DNA of 60,780 bases, counting the filler, from Nitrospinae bacterium RIFCSPLOWO2_12_FULL_45_22 (GTDB lineage Bacteria; 2-12-FULL-45-22), in NCBI GenBank assembly GCA_001803565.1. It is 5 parts of 5 records of this genome, joined end to end, with 100 filler letters (N's around TTAATTAATTAA, not from the genome) between each part and the next. Parts side by side here need not be neighbours in the genome. Positions count along the whole stretch, not along the records: positions 31,150 to 49,229 come from MHDQ01000277.1; positions 49,330 to 55,206 come from MHDQ01000280.1; positions 55,307 to 60,780 come from MHDQ01000283.1; 2 more parts are not named here. The stretch is one strand, 5' to 3'. The notes under the pieces were generated by a model. The model saw nothing but the letters and a program-made list of their open reading frames with translations. It was not told the DNA's origin and made no database searches. The position numbers and the translations under genes were made by a program. Positions 48,044 through 57,634 of this stretch are shown one piece after another; position 1 is the stretch's first letter; the number at the start of each line of letters is the position of its first letter.

Positions 48044-49008
48044 AGCTCTTTAAATACTCCCATCTGACGAAATTTTTCATGACGTTGTTGGACTAATTCC
48101 TCTGGATTAAAAGTAGATAAATCGGCCAAGTATGCCTTTAAGGCTTCTTGTAAATTAACAGCCATTAATGCCGGATTCCTATGGGCTCCACCCAAAGGCT
48201 CTTTAATAATCTCATCTATTACCTTCAGCGGCAAGAGGTCGTAAGCCGTTAGCTTGAGGGCTTCAGAGGCCTCTTGGGCCTTTTCCCCATCCTGCCAGAG
48301 TATAGCGGCACATCCCTCGGGAGAAATGACACTATAAATAGCATACTCTAGCATCAATACCCGGTTCGCCACACCCAGGGCTAAGGCCCCACCACTGCCC
48401 CCTTCACCAATAATAACCGATATGATAGGGACCTTTAGTTCAGCCATCACAAAAAGGTTTTTAGCTATAGCTTCTGCCTGACCGCGCTCTTCGGCTCCTA
48501 GGCCGGGATAGGCCCCCGGGGTGTCAATAAGGGTTATGACGGGTAGGTGATATTTCTCTGCCAGCGTGAATAATCTTAAGGCTTTTCTGAAACCTTCGGG
48601 ATGGGGCATGCCGAAATTGCGGTAAACTTTTTCTTTAAAGTTGCGGCCTTTCTGCTGCCCCACAACCAAAACCGACCGGTCATCTAATTTAGCTAATCCG
48701 CCCACGATAGATGGGTCATCACTGAAGAGGCGGTCCCCATGCAGTTCTATAAAATTATGGAAAATGTAGCTGATATAATCCAGTGTGTAAGGTCGGTTGG
48801 GGTGTCTGGCCAGGAGGGTCCTTTGCCAGCGGCTAAGATTAGCGAAGGTCTCCTCTTTTAACCTGGCACATTTCAATTCGAGTTTCAGAATCTCTTTGGA
48901 GAGGTCCTTCCCCTGTCCATTAGAGAGCTGTTTGAACTCCTCTATCTTTAGCTCTAATTCGCTAATAGGTCTCTCAAAATCCAGATCTTGAATCATCTTT
49001 ATTTCCAT
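48040..49008 (-). CDS. accA: Acetyl-CoA carboxylase carboxyltransferase alpha subunit
   Basis: [30 protein letters not shown]. Confidence 0.98.
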   Translation of the reverse strand: MEIKMIQDLDFERPISELELKIEEFKQLSNGQGKDLSKEILKLELKCARLKEETFANLSRWQRTLLARHPNRPYTLDYISYIFHNFIELHGDRLFSDDPSIVGGLAKLDDRSVLVVGQQKGRNFKEKVYRNFGMPHPEGFRKALRLFTLAEKYHLPVITLIDTPGAYPGLGAEERGQAEAIAKNLFVMAELKVPIISVIIGEGGSGGALALGVANRVLMLEYAIYSVISPEGCAAILWQDGEKAQEASEALKLTAYDLLPLKVIDEIIKEPLGGAHRNPALMAVNLQEALKAYLADLSTFNPEELVQQRHEKFRQMGVFKEL

Positions 49009-49085
49009 TGAGTTATTGGGTTATTAGGTGACTAGGTTATTGGTTACCCAATCACCCAATGACCTAATCACCCAGTCACCCAAAC

Positions 49086-49229
49086 TTATTCCAGATAGAT
49101 ACAATTATTGCCTAGGAACTTTTCTATCTCAGCAACCAGCTCCTGACAAGGATTCACCCGGTTACTAGGGTCTGTTTCTAAGATAATTTCTTTGTCCGGA
49201 TATAAGAAATGTAAATTGAGGGAATGGGT
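49086..49229 (-). CDS. dnaE: Probable C-terminal fragment of DNA polymerase III alpha
   Basis: Manual translation THSLNLHFLYPDKEIILETDPSNRVNPCQELVAEIEKFLGNNCIYLE*, plus the classic dnaE-accA synteny. Confidence 0.7.
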   Translation of the reverse strand, partial: THSLNLHFLYPDKEIILETDPSNRVNPCQELVAEIEKFLGNNCIYLE

Positions 49230-49329
49230 NNNNNNNNNNNNNNNNNNNNNNNNNNNNNNNNNNNNNNNNNNNNTTAATTAATTAANNNNNNNNNNNNNNN
49301 NNNNNNNNNNNNNNNNNNNNNNNNNNNNN

Positions 49330-52300
49330 AGTATAAGCCTTATCCTGTTGGCCCTTAGCCTGCTATTTTTTATTATGGAGGAATATAATTTACGGACGGC
49401 CTTACTAGCGGCCCTAACCCTCTCGGCCTTTCTCAACACTTATCCCTGGATGCTGGGTTATCTCTTAGGTCCTATCGGTATTTATCTGCTCTATCTCTGG
49501 CGCTGGCAAAAAAAACCTTTATCGGAATTAATCAATACCGTAGTTAAGACCGCCTTTTTTGCCTTATGCTTCAATCCTCTGGTCATTATCCGACTTGTCC
49601 GACAATTATCCTGGCTCTCAAGGTTACCTAAGGCCTATCTTGGTGGTAACATAACAGAATTTATAAGTCTGACAGAGCTTTATGGCTTATCCCACCACCG
49701 GTTAGCTGATGAAGGCTGGTATCTTTCTCCGTATTTTCAAATCCTTATCCTGTTTATATTCGCCGGTGCCCTGGCTTTAACCTTCTATGGGTTGATAATA
49801 GCATCAGGCAAGCAGCGGGCATTGCTCCTGTCTCTGGCTATTCCTTCCATTCTCAACTTCTTTTATTTGAAATACCTGGCCGATTATCCTTACGGTTTTT
49901 TTAAGAACCTCTCTATGTCAATAACAATTACTATGATGCTATTGCCCATAGGCTTATTCTCCTTGTATGGCCGGATAAAGAGACATCCCTGGCCTGGCTT
50001 AATCGGGAACAGGTTTGCCGGGCTTCTTCTGGGTCTACCCCTCGCCTTTGCCGGGGCATATATCCTGATCAATATCTATACCCTCGTCCTTTTGACTAAA
50101 GTGACCAGTAAAAGCATGACCCTTAATCTCTCGGCCCTGAAAGATCTAGCTACCAAAGTCAAGTCGCTCCACATCCCCGGCCCTATCTACCTTAAAGATG
50201 ATAAAGAGACCCGGATGCTCTGGCTTACTTATTTCCTGGAGAGCCAGCCCCTGGCCTTAAATAACCTCTCTCCTTTGATCTATTACGAGATGTATCCCTT
50301 TGCCAGGCCAAAGGATTTTTACCAGGATGGAATAAGTCAAGACTATGTGCTGGTAAAGCGAGAAAGAGATATGCTACCCACCTGGGCAGAAAAAGTCCTC
50401 TATGAAAATCGGGAATATCAGTTGTTAAAGAAAAAGCCAGAAGTACTTTATCACCTGGACCTTAAACCCCGACCCTTATTATTACATAACCGGGATAAGG
50501 TAAAGATAACGGTTCAACCGGAGAGGATAGCGATCAATTCCCGGAGTTATAACCTTCCCGGGGCTCTCTCAGCTCAGGGCCAGGAGTTAGGGCTAAGGTT
50601 CTTCGCCCCCCGAGGAGCGGGCTATGTATGGGAGCAAGACGGGATAAAAAAGACCATATACCTAGGGCAAGATACCGGTAAAATAAAGAAAGAAATAGGG
50701 CCTTGGCCATTCCAGATAGAAATAACCAACCTGAGCCCCCGTACCATGATCTTTCCCTGGTTAGAGATCACTGGGAAAAAAGATATATCGGCGGAAACAT
50801 TTATGCCTCCTAGAGGCACAAAGGAGGATAAAAATGTCATTGCGAGGAGCGGGTACCCACCCGAAAGTGTGGGTGGGACGAAGCAATCTCATAAGATTGC
50901 CACGCCCGCCTTCGGCGAGCTCGCAATGACAAGAGAGGGCTTATTTTCAAAGGATAGTATTCTTAGTTACTTTCCGGAGCCTATGCTGCCTGATACGGAT
51001 TTTTATATTGTAGCAGGCTGGTATGATCTGGATCTGACGGATAAGGGTGAGAAAGGGCGCTGGACTGGGGCTAATGCCATATGCCTCTTCCGGAATCCTT
51101 ATAAGAAAAGCCTCTTAAAGATAAAAGGACAGGTCTCCCACTGGGCAATAGAGGGGAAGAAAGTACCACGGGTGCAGATTCTTCTCAATGGGTTCCGGCT
51201 AGATAATTTTATCCCCCAGGATCAGGAATTTGTGCGGGAATTAATCCTGGATAAAAGCAACCTGGGCAATAGCCAGTGGTGTGAGCTATCTTTCGGAGTG
51301 GATAAGACCATTACCCCACACCAATATGATCATAGTGGTGACCGGCGGGAACTAGGGATAAAGATTACCCACATTCAACGCACGGACTATTATAACCCCC
51401 CGGAGAAGCTCTTCCCTGGCTCAGAATTTTATCTGGTAAAAGGCTGGCATGAGCTGGAATCAAAAAAAACTAAGGATCAAGCTTACCGTTGGACTAAGGC
51501 CAAAGCCCGCACCCTCTTCCGAAACCCCCACAAGAAGAGCCTCTTGCGGCTCAGGGGGGAACTGCCCTATCTAGACCTAAACGCTCCCTCCCGGCCTAAT
51601 ATTAAGCTCTTGCTCAACGGTAATCTCCTGGCTAATTTTGTCGCCCAGGATAAAAATATAAGGAAAAATTTTGTCCTGGAAGGAGACTCATTGGGTAGCG
51701 AGGCCTGGTGCGAGCTAGAGCTGGCTATTGACAAGACTGTTATCCCCAAAATGCAAGAAGGAAAAGAAGACCGACGAGAGCTGGGTATAAAGATCACCCG
51801 TTTAGACCTGCATGACTATTTTGCCCCACCAGAAAGAGTCCTCCCAGACTCAACGGTTGATCTTTATGCAATTACTGGCTGGCATGAGCTGGAATATGGC
51901 AATAAAATAGCCAGGAACCATCCCCGGCGCTGGACAGAAGCCCAGGCCCTGGCCTTGCTAAAAAACCCTGGCCGGGAAGGAACCCTGGGGATAGCTGGCA
52001 CCCTCCCACCAATCTCCTTTCCTTCCCCACCCATCGTCCAAATATTACTCCGGGGCGAGGAGATAGATAGATTCGTACCAGCAGGTAAAGAATTTTATCG
52101 GGAGCTCCCGGTTACTAAAGACCTACTGGGCCCTTCTCCCTGGCTGGAGCTATCATTCTCCACCAATCAGGTATTTATCCCCGATGCCCATTATAAAACC
52201 GGAGATCACCGGGAATTAGGGATTTGTATAACCAGGGTAGATTTTAGAGAAGGGACTTTGGGTAGCCAGAGAGCTGAGCCGGTCGTAGATTTTGGCAAGC

Positions 52301-53982
52301 CAGAAGCCCATAAATATATAGCGAATGGATGGTCCTGGGATGAGACCTGGCCAGATGGTAGGGACTTCAACTGGGCCTGCAATAAGGAATCTATTCTAAA
52401 GCTAAACCTACCAAAGGTCTCAGACTATGTTATGAATTTAAGGATGATCCCTTTCCGGGGGCCCACTAACTCATCGCAGCAGATGAATATCTACCTTAAT
52501 GGACACCTCCTAACCGGGTTAAGGTTGATCAATGATCAGTGGCTGGAATACCAGGTATTTATCCCCTATGATTATCTCTCTACCCTCGAGACCAATACCT
52601 TCCGGCTTGGGTATAAATATCTGGGCTCTGTGCCGGGCGATAGCCGGAGTCTAGCTGCTGCCTTTGATCGAATTAGCTTTACTAAAACCGGTCTGCAACG
52701 ATTATTACCCGATTCTGCTCTCTATATGGGTCAGGGTTGGTATGAGTTAGAAGAAGACCCAGAGACAGGTAGGTACTGGCGGAAAGGCAATAATGGTGCT
52801 GAATTCTGGCTAAAAAAAACCCGGGAAAATACCTATCTTAGTCTTAAAGGAGAATTAATATCCTATCCTGAGGGGGGGTCGTCCCAGGTCCAGTTGTGGA
52901 CAGGGGAAAAAGAGCTGGGCCGGATAAAAACTGTAGGCAGAGCCTTTGCTGGCGAGATAAGGATAACACCAGAACTCTTTTCTGATTCAACCTGGCTCAA
53001 GCTTAATATCACCACTACCCGGAAGGAGAAAAGGGTAAGCTTTAAGGTACAGGAATTGCGCCTGCAAGAGAGAGTCCTGCCTGACTCACCGGCTCGGGTG
53101 ATAAGGGGCTGGAGTGATCTAGAGATAGTTAGTGAGCAAGAGGAGTATTGGCGTTGGACAGAAGATGCAGCAGAGGCAGACCTACCCAGTTCGAAGGAAG
53201 GGGGATATTGGCAACTCCTGGGAGAAACCCTGCCCTTAAAGGCTTATCCGACACCACCTCAGATCAAGCTAGAACTTAATGGTAAAGAGATGGACTCTTT
53301 TGTCCCTCTCAATCCCCAATTCCTATGGCAGTATAGCGCCCCAAAAGAACCGGTAAAATTAAGACTAAGCATAGACCAGACAGTTATACCGAATAGTTTC
53401 TACCATAACGGTGACCAGCGCCGGGTCGGTTTGAAGATAAAGGGCCTGCGTCATCTTAACGGGCAAGAGCAACTGCCCGGGTTATTAATCAATTTGGGAG
53501 AGAAGAGGGCAAGAGATTATCTCCGCGCTGGCTGGTCCAGTGATGAGCGGGGAGATAATATGACCAGTTTTGTCTGGGCCACGGCCAAAGAGGCCTTGCT
53601 CCAATTCTCCTTACCCCGGAAAGCCGATTATTTCCTGAACCTGAGGCTGATGCCTTTTACCTTCCCAGGGGCATCTCAACAGACCACCAAAGTTTATCTT
53701 AATGACAAATTGCTAGCCGAGATACCCTTGATTAAACCGGAATGGCAAACATACCAGCTATTTATCTGGACTAAGTATCTGGCCCGTAAAGGCCCTAACA
53801 CCCTCCGCCTGGTCCATAGCTATACCCAAATACCCAGGCAGGTACTGGCCAGCCAGGACCAGCGAGACCTGGCAGTAGCTTATGACTATATCTCCTTTAT
53901 TCCAGCACCAGCCACCACCAAACCCCCTCTGCTCCTACGCCTAAAGCGCAAACTCCACTACCTCTGGACTCGCTCCCTATAA
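49330..53982 (+). CDS. Very large membrane protein: multi-TM N-terminus (GT-C-like) plus 7 extracytoplasmic GWxxxE...RW repeat domains; 5' end truncated
   Basis: Open from the contig start; hydrophobic first ~250 aa; repeats such as GWHELE..RWT...LNG...DxRELGI. Confidence 0.85.
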   Translation, partial: SISLILLALSLLFFIMEEYNLRTALLAALTLSAFLNTYPWMLGYLLGPIGIYLLYLWRWQKKPLSELINTVVKTAFFALCFNPLVIIRLVRQLSWLSRLPKAYLGGNITEFISLTELYGLSHHRLADEGWYLSPYFQILILFIFAGALALTFYGLIIASGKQRALLLSLAIPSILNFFYLKYLADYPYGFFKNLSMSITITMMLLPIGLFSLYGRIKRHPWPGLIGNRFAGLLLGLPLAFAGAYILINIYTLVLLTKVTSKSMTLNLSALKDLATKVKSLHIPGPIYLKDDKETRMLWLTYFLESQPLALNNLSPLIYYEMYPFARPKDFYQDGISQDYVLVKRERDMLPTWAEKVLYENREYQLLKKKPEVLYHLDLKPRPLLLHNRDKVKITVQPERIAINSRSYNLPGALSAQGQELGLRFFAPRGAGYVWEQDGIKKTIYLGQDTGKIKKEIGPWPFQIEITNLSPRTMIFPWLEITGKKDISAETFMPPRGTKEDKNVIARSGYPPESVGGTKQSHKIATPAFGELAMTREGLFSKDSILSYFPEPMLPDTDFYIVAGWYDLDLTDKGEKGRWTGANAICLFRNPYKKSLLKIKGQVSHWAIEGKKVPRVQILLNGFRLDNFIPQDQEFVRELILDKSNLGNSQWCELSFGVDKTITPHQYDHSGDRRELGIKITHIQRTDYYNPPEKLFPGSEFYLVKGWHELESKKTKDQAYRWTKAKARTLFRNPHKKSLLRLRGELPYLDLNAPSRPNIKLLLNGNLLANFVAQDKNIRKNFVLEGDSLGSEAWCELELAIDKTVIPKMQEGKEDRRELGIKITRLDLHDYFAPPERVLPDSTVDLYAITGWHELEYGNKIARNHPRRWTEAQALALLKNPGREGTLGIAGTLPPISFPSPPIVQILLRGEEIDRFVPAGKEFYRELPVTKDLLGPSPWLELSFSTNQVFIPDAHYKTGDHRELGICITRVDFREGTLGSQRAEPVVDFGKPEAHKYIANGWSWDETWPDGRDFNWACNKESILKLNLPKVSDYVMNLRMIPFRGPTNSSQQMNIYLNGHLLTGLRLINDQWLEYQVFIPYDYLSTLETNTFRLGYKYLGSVPGDSRSLAAAFDRISFTKTGLQRLLPDSALYMGQGWYELEEDPETGRYWRKGNNGAEFWLKKTRENTYLSLKGELISYPEGGSSQVQLWTGEKELGRIKTVGRAFAGEIRITPELFSDSTWLKLNITTTRKEKRVSFKVQELRLQERVLPDSPARVIRGWSDLEIVSEQEEYWRWTEDAAEADLPSSKEGGYWQLLGETLPLKAYPTPPQIKLELNGKEMDSFVPLNPQFLWQYSAPKEPVKLRLSIDQTVIPNSFYHNGDQRRVGLKIKGLRHLNGQEQLPGLLINLGEKRARDYLRAGWSSDERGDNMTSFVWATAKEALLQFSLPRKADYFLNLRLMPFTFPGASQQTTKVYLNDKLLAEIPLIKPEWQTYQLFIWTKYLARKGPNTLRLVHSYTQIPRQVLASQDQRDLAVAYDYISFIPAPATTKPPLLLRLKRKLHYLWTRSL
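50803..50954 (+). mobile_element. Composite palindromic element lying in frame inside the large CDS
   Basis: 12-bp perfect IR TGTCATTGCGAG (50835) / CTCGCAATGACA (50931) inside a shell homologous to the minus strand of 5318-5395. Confidence 0.8.
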
Positions 53983-54160
53983 AAGGGTTTTTGGTCCACT
54001 TTTCACTTACAGGTGTAGCTATTCTTTGTCGTCAAAGAAAGTGAGTTGACAAGCCGGATCATTATGATTTAATCTAATTTTGTCGTTTTCCCATTGCTGG
54101 TTCCAGATTCTTTAGCTTGATCCCACTAGCTCCTTTTTCATGCAGTGTATACTTGTTCAT

Positions 54161-54283
54161 TCCCCTGATAAATAGAACCAGTGTTTCATTCGACGGTAAA
54201 TAAGGTTCCCTAAGCAATGAATGGTCAGCTATCTCAAAGATGTATGCTATGGCTGCCGGGCAAGTACCTACCATTATCTGGGA
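54161..54283 (+). ncRNA. Candidate structured leader RNA, GEMM-I (c-di-GMP-I)-like variant
   Basis: Closing stem TCCCCTGATAA/TTATCTGGGA; GACGGTAAA; CCTAAGCA...TGCTATGG receptor-like element; GCCGGG; upstream TTGACA at 54046. Confidence 0.35.
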
Positions 54284-54659
54284 GACATAAAGGCTTCTGA
54301 CCCAAGTAGCATTTTTAAAGAATAGATATACAGGGATTTTGTTTATGGCCTTTTTAGCCCTGTAAATAGACATTGAATTTTATCCTGTAATAGAAATTTA
54401 AACAGGGATAGATAGGATGAACAGGATGTCCTATTTGCTTCTATCCTGTTTATCCCTGTTAGAAAACCCCTTTCATGGTTACGAAAAGTTTTAGGTAATA
54501 ACTAAAGAGCAAAGACCCCGGGGTCCTTATCTTAGCTCTTGGTTCTTAGTTCTTTGTTCTATATTTGTCTCTAATTTTTGCTCAAACAAAATCCCTATTA
54601 TATGTGTGTATCAAGGGAGGAGCCGTATCTTTACTAATTCAAAAAGGGGGGTGGGAGAA

Positions 54660-55049
54660 ATGAGCACAGAAGACGCCTATCAGAAAGGCCTGGAGGTTAT
54701 GGAGCACCTTATGGGTGCTGCCGGTCGGGATGGGGTAGTGAAATGGTTCGATGAGTTCGACCCTGAATTGGCCCAGATGGTGGTGGGACATATCTTCGGC
54801 ACAGTCTGGACCCGACCGGGGATGGACATGCGCAGCCGTTCCCTGATTACCATGGCTACCCTGGCTGCCCTCAACCGCGGCCCGCAATTACGTGTCCATA
54901 TCCAAGGTGCCCTCAACCTGGGCATATCAGAAAAGGAGATTGTAGAATTGTTGGTCCACATCGGCTTTTATGCGGGGTTACCAGTGATGGCCGAGGGTCT
55001 TAAAGCCGCCCGGGAGATTTTCGATGAGCGGCGGCAAGGGACAAAGTAA
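54660..55049 (+). CDS. Carboxymuconolactone decarboxylase family protein
   Basis: FGTVWTRPG, RSRSLITMA, HIQGALNLG, YAGLP. Confidence 0.92.
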   Translation: MSTEDAYQKGLEVMEHLMGAAGRDGVVKWFDEFDPELAQMVVGHIFGTVWTRPGMDMRSRSLITMATLAALNRGPQLRVHIQGALNLGISEKEIVELLVHIGFYAGLPVMAEGLKAAREIFDERRQGTK

Positions 55050-55099
55050 GGATGGCATTAGGTATGTTATTTCAATGAAACTGCCTTGGGAGATGCGAG

Positions 55100-55195
55100 A
55101 TGAATTGCTTTCGTGACAAGTACGGACCTTTGGCTTTGATCACAGAGGCATCATCGTATATAGGCACTGAAGGCCGCATAAAGCGGGAAAAATAA
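55100..55195 (+). pseudogene. Decayed N-terminal remnant of a short-chain dehydrogenase
   Basis: MNCFRDKYGPLALITEASSYIG resembles the SDR start KYGPWALITGASSGIG, with glycines lost and an early stop. Confidence 0.55.
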
Positions 55196-55588
55196 TTTAA
55201 GGAGGANNNNNNNNNNNNNNNNNNNNNNNNNNNNNNNNNNNNNNNNNNNNTTAATTAATTAANNNNNNNNNNNNNNNNNNNNNNNNNNNNNNNNNNNNNN
55301 NNNNNNTAACCAGAATGAAAATACGATTTAAACAGAATATCCTTGAATCCTACTTGGAAAAACTTTATGCTTAAAAAGTGCAAGAGTTTAGTAGATAATA
55401 TAACCTCCCACTGAATCTTGTCAATTACGAACGCTTTTCGCTTAAAGGTCAGTGTATATAAGGGTGGTTCAAAACACGATAAAGCCCGTTAAATGCGGCT
55501 TGACATCAATGGTCTTTTGTGTTAGAAATTTGCTATAAACTTTTTTCTAATTTTCCTTAACCATCAATAAAGACAAGGAGAGAGAGCG

Positions 55589-56098
55589 GTGCGTTATGCA
55601 GTTATAAAAACTGGTGGAAAACAATACCGGGTCTCGGTAGGTGAGACTATGATGGTAGAAAAGTTGCCTGGGGAGGTAGGGGGGAAGATAGAGTTAGGCC
55701 AGGTATTGATGATAAAAGATGGTGATCAGGTCTATTATGGCGATCCGTGGGTAGAAAGTGGGTTGGTAACAGCCAAGATAGTTGAGCAAGACCGGGCAAA
55801 AAAGATTATTGTATTTAAACATAAGAGACGCAAGGATTACCGAAAGAAGCAAGGCCATCGGCAATATTTTACCAGGCTAAAAATAGAAAATATTTCTTTA
55901 GGAAGCCCGATTTTGGAAAAAACGGGAGAAAAGATGGTTTCTATGCCAGGACCAGAAGGGCTGGGAGCCATTCCAACTGAAGAGCAAACCGTTTTACCAT
56001 TCAAGTTAGAGATGATGGAAAGCGTAGGAACAGGCCTACCTCCGGAAGGACCCACGGAAAATATGCTATCAGGAGAGGTGATAGAAAATGGCTCATAA
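55589..56098 (+). CDS. rplU: 50S ribosomal protein L21 with C-terminal extension
   Basis: [23 protein letters not shown]. Confidence 0.96.
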   Translation: MRYAVIKTGGKQYRVSVGETMMVEKLPGEVGGKIELGQVLMIKDGDQVYYGDPWVESGLVTAKIVEQDRAKKIIVFKHKRRKDYRKKQGHRQYFTRLKIENISLGSPILEKTGEKMVSMPGPEGLGAIPTEEQTVLPFKLEMMESVGTGLPPEGPTENMLSGEVIENGS

Positions 56099-56354
56099 AA
56101 AAGGTGGTGGGAGTTCATCTAATGGCCGTGATAGTTGCGGAAAGCGCTTGGGCGTTAAGCGTTTCGCTGGCCAATGGGTATCAGCCGGGAGTATCCTTGT
56201 CCGGCAAAGGGGGACAAAATTTAAGCCCGGGTTTAATGTAGGTCTGGGTCGAGACCATACCCTATTTGCAAAGATTGATGGGATAGTAGAGTTCCCCCGG
56301 CAAGGGAAGAGTGACCGGAGGATAAATGTCCTGGCCCTCCCTTCCAGTAGCTAA
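56088..56354 (+). CDS. rpmA: 50S ribosomal protein L27
   Basis: [23 protein letters not shown]. Confidence 0.98.
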   Translation: MAHKKGGGSSSNGRDSCGKRLGVKRFAGQWVSAGSILVRQRGTKFKPGFNVGLGRDHTLFAKIDGIVEFPRQGKSDRRINVLALPSSS

Positions 56355-56359
56355 GGAGG

Positions 56360-57397
56360 ATGTTTGCTGATCGAGTTAAGATATATGTGAGAGGCGGGAG
56401 GGGAGGGAAGGGGTGTGCAAGTTTTTTACGGGCAAGGTTCAATCCACGGGGCGGTCCAGACGGGGGCAATGGTGGCCGAGGTGGTGATGTAATTATCCGG
56501 GTCAAAAAAGAGCTTTATACCTTAATAGATATAAAATACCGGTCGCATAACCTGGCCCGAAAAGGGGGTAATGGGAGCAGTAATAACCGCCGGGGTAGAG
56601 ATGGCCCCCCTTGCATTATCAAAGTACCGGTAGGTACAGTGGTGAGAGAGGCTGAGAGTGGCTGTTTACTGGCAGACTTAACCCGGGACGGAGAGGAAGT
56701 CATAGTAGCTCGGGGAGGTCAGGGTGGAAGAGGGAATAACTACTTCAAGTCTGCTATAAACAGGGCGCCCCGTTATGCTGAGGAGGGAGGAGCAGGAGAA
56801 GAAAGGTGGCTTCAATTAGAGCTGAAATTGCTAGCTGATGTTGGCCTGATTGGGATGCCTAATGCTGGAAAATCTACTTTGCTTGCCTCCATATCAGCCG
56901 CCCATCCCCAGATAGCTCAGTATCCATTTACTACCCTGGCCCCTAATCTTGGTGTAGTAAAGTTGCCGGATTTTACCAGATTTATAATAGCCGATATCCC
57001 CGGTCTTATACCTGGTGCCCACCAGGGAAAAGGATTAGGGTATCAGTTCCTTCGGCATATTGAGCGGACCAAGCTCTTGATCCATATTATTGATCTAGCT
57101 GTCCCTGGGCCGCGGGAGCCTTTTGAGGATTTCCAGGCCATTAATAGAGAACTAGAGCTTTATAATTCCTCGCTGGTCAATAAGCCACAATTAATAGCAG
57201 CTAATAAACTTGACCTGCCGGAAGCGCGGGAAAAATTAACTGACTGCCAGGCACAATTTAACCAACAAAACCTCTCTTTCATTCCCATATCAGCAAAGAC
57301 AGGTGAAGGTATACCTGAGTTGATTCAATCTTTATGGGGTAAATTGCAGGAGCTAACTCCCCATGATCAGTTGGAAGAAAAGGTAGGAGCTAATTGA
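56360..57397 (+). CDS. obgE: GTPase ObgE/CgtA
   Basis: GGPDGGNGG, GMPNAGKST, DIPGLI, NKLD. Confidence 0.97.
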   Translation: MFADRVKIYVRGGRGGKGCASFLRARFNPRGGPDGGNGGRGGDVIIRVKKELYTLIDIKYRSHNLARKGGNGSSNNRRGRDGPPCIIKVPVGTVVREAESGCLLADLTRDGEEVIVARGGQGGRGNNYFKSAINRAPRYAEEGGAGEERWLQLELKLLADVGLIGMPNAGKSTLLASISAAHPQIAQYPFTTLAPNLGVVKLPDFTRFIIADIPGLIPGAHQGKGLGYQFLRHIERTKLLIHIIDLAVPGPREPFEDFQAINRELELYNSSLVNKPQLIAANKLDLPEAREKLTDCQAQFNQQNLSFIPISAKTGEGIPELIQSLWGKLQELTPHDQLEEKVGAN

Positions 57398-57409
57398 TAG
57401 CTAAGCGCT

Positions 57410-57550
57410 CTATACACAGCGTCCAAATTAAATACGCATAAGTCGTCATTCCGGCGAAAGCCGGAATCCAGAAAAGATGCTGGATTCCGGGTCAAGCCCG
57501 GAATGACAGGCAATGTTGGTATGCGCAAATAATTATGCCGCTCTGTATAG
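57410..57550. repeat. Nested palindromic element between obgE and proB
   Basis: Outer imperfect IR CTATACACAGCG.../...CGCTCTGTATAG; inner GTCATTCCGGCGAAAGCCGGAATCCA...TGGATTCCGGGTCAAGCCCGGAATGAC at 57445-57507. Confidence 0.8.
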
Positions 57551-57634
57551 TTCGGATGAAAAATTTATAGATAAGATTAGATCAACATGAATTTGGCCTC
57601 TGTGATTAAACCAATTGTAGGTGGAGGATAAGAA

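Noticed and set aside
54074-54373. 99-aa minus-strand ORF
   Set aside because: No RBS or recognisable motif; overlaps the structured-RNA candidate.
17088-55306. Four TTAATTAATTAA motifs within N-runs
   Set aside because: Artificial all-frame-stop linkers; genes on either side are not real neighbours.
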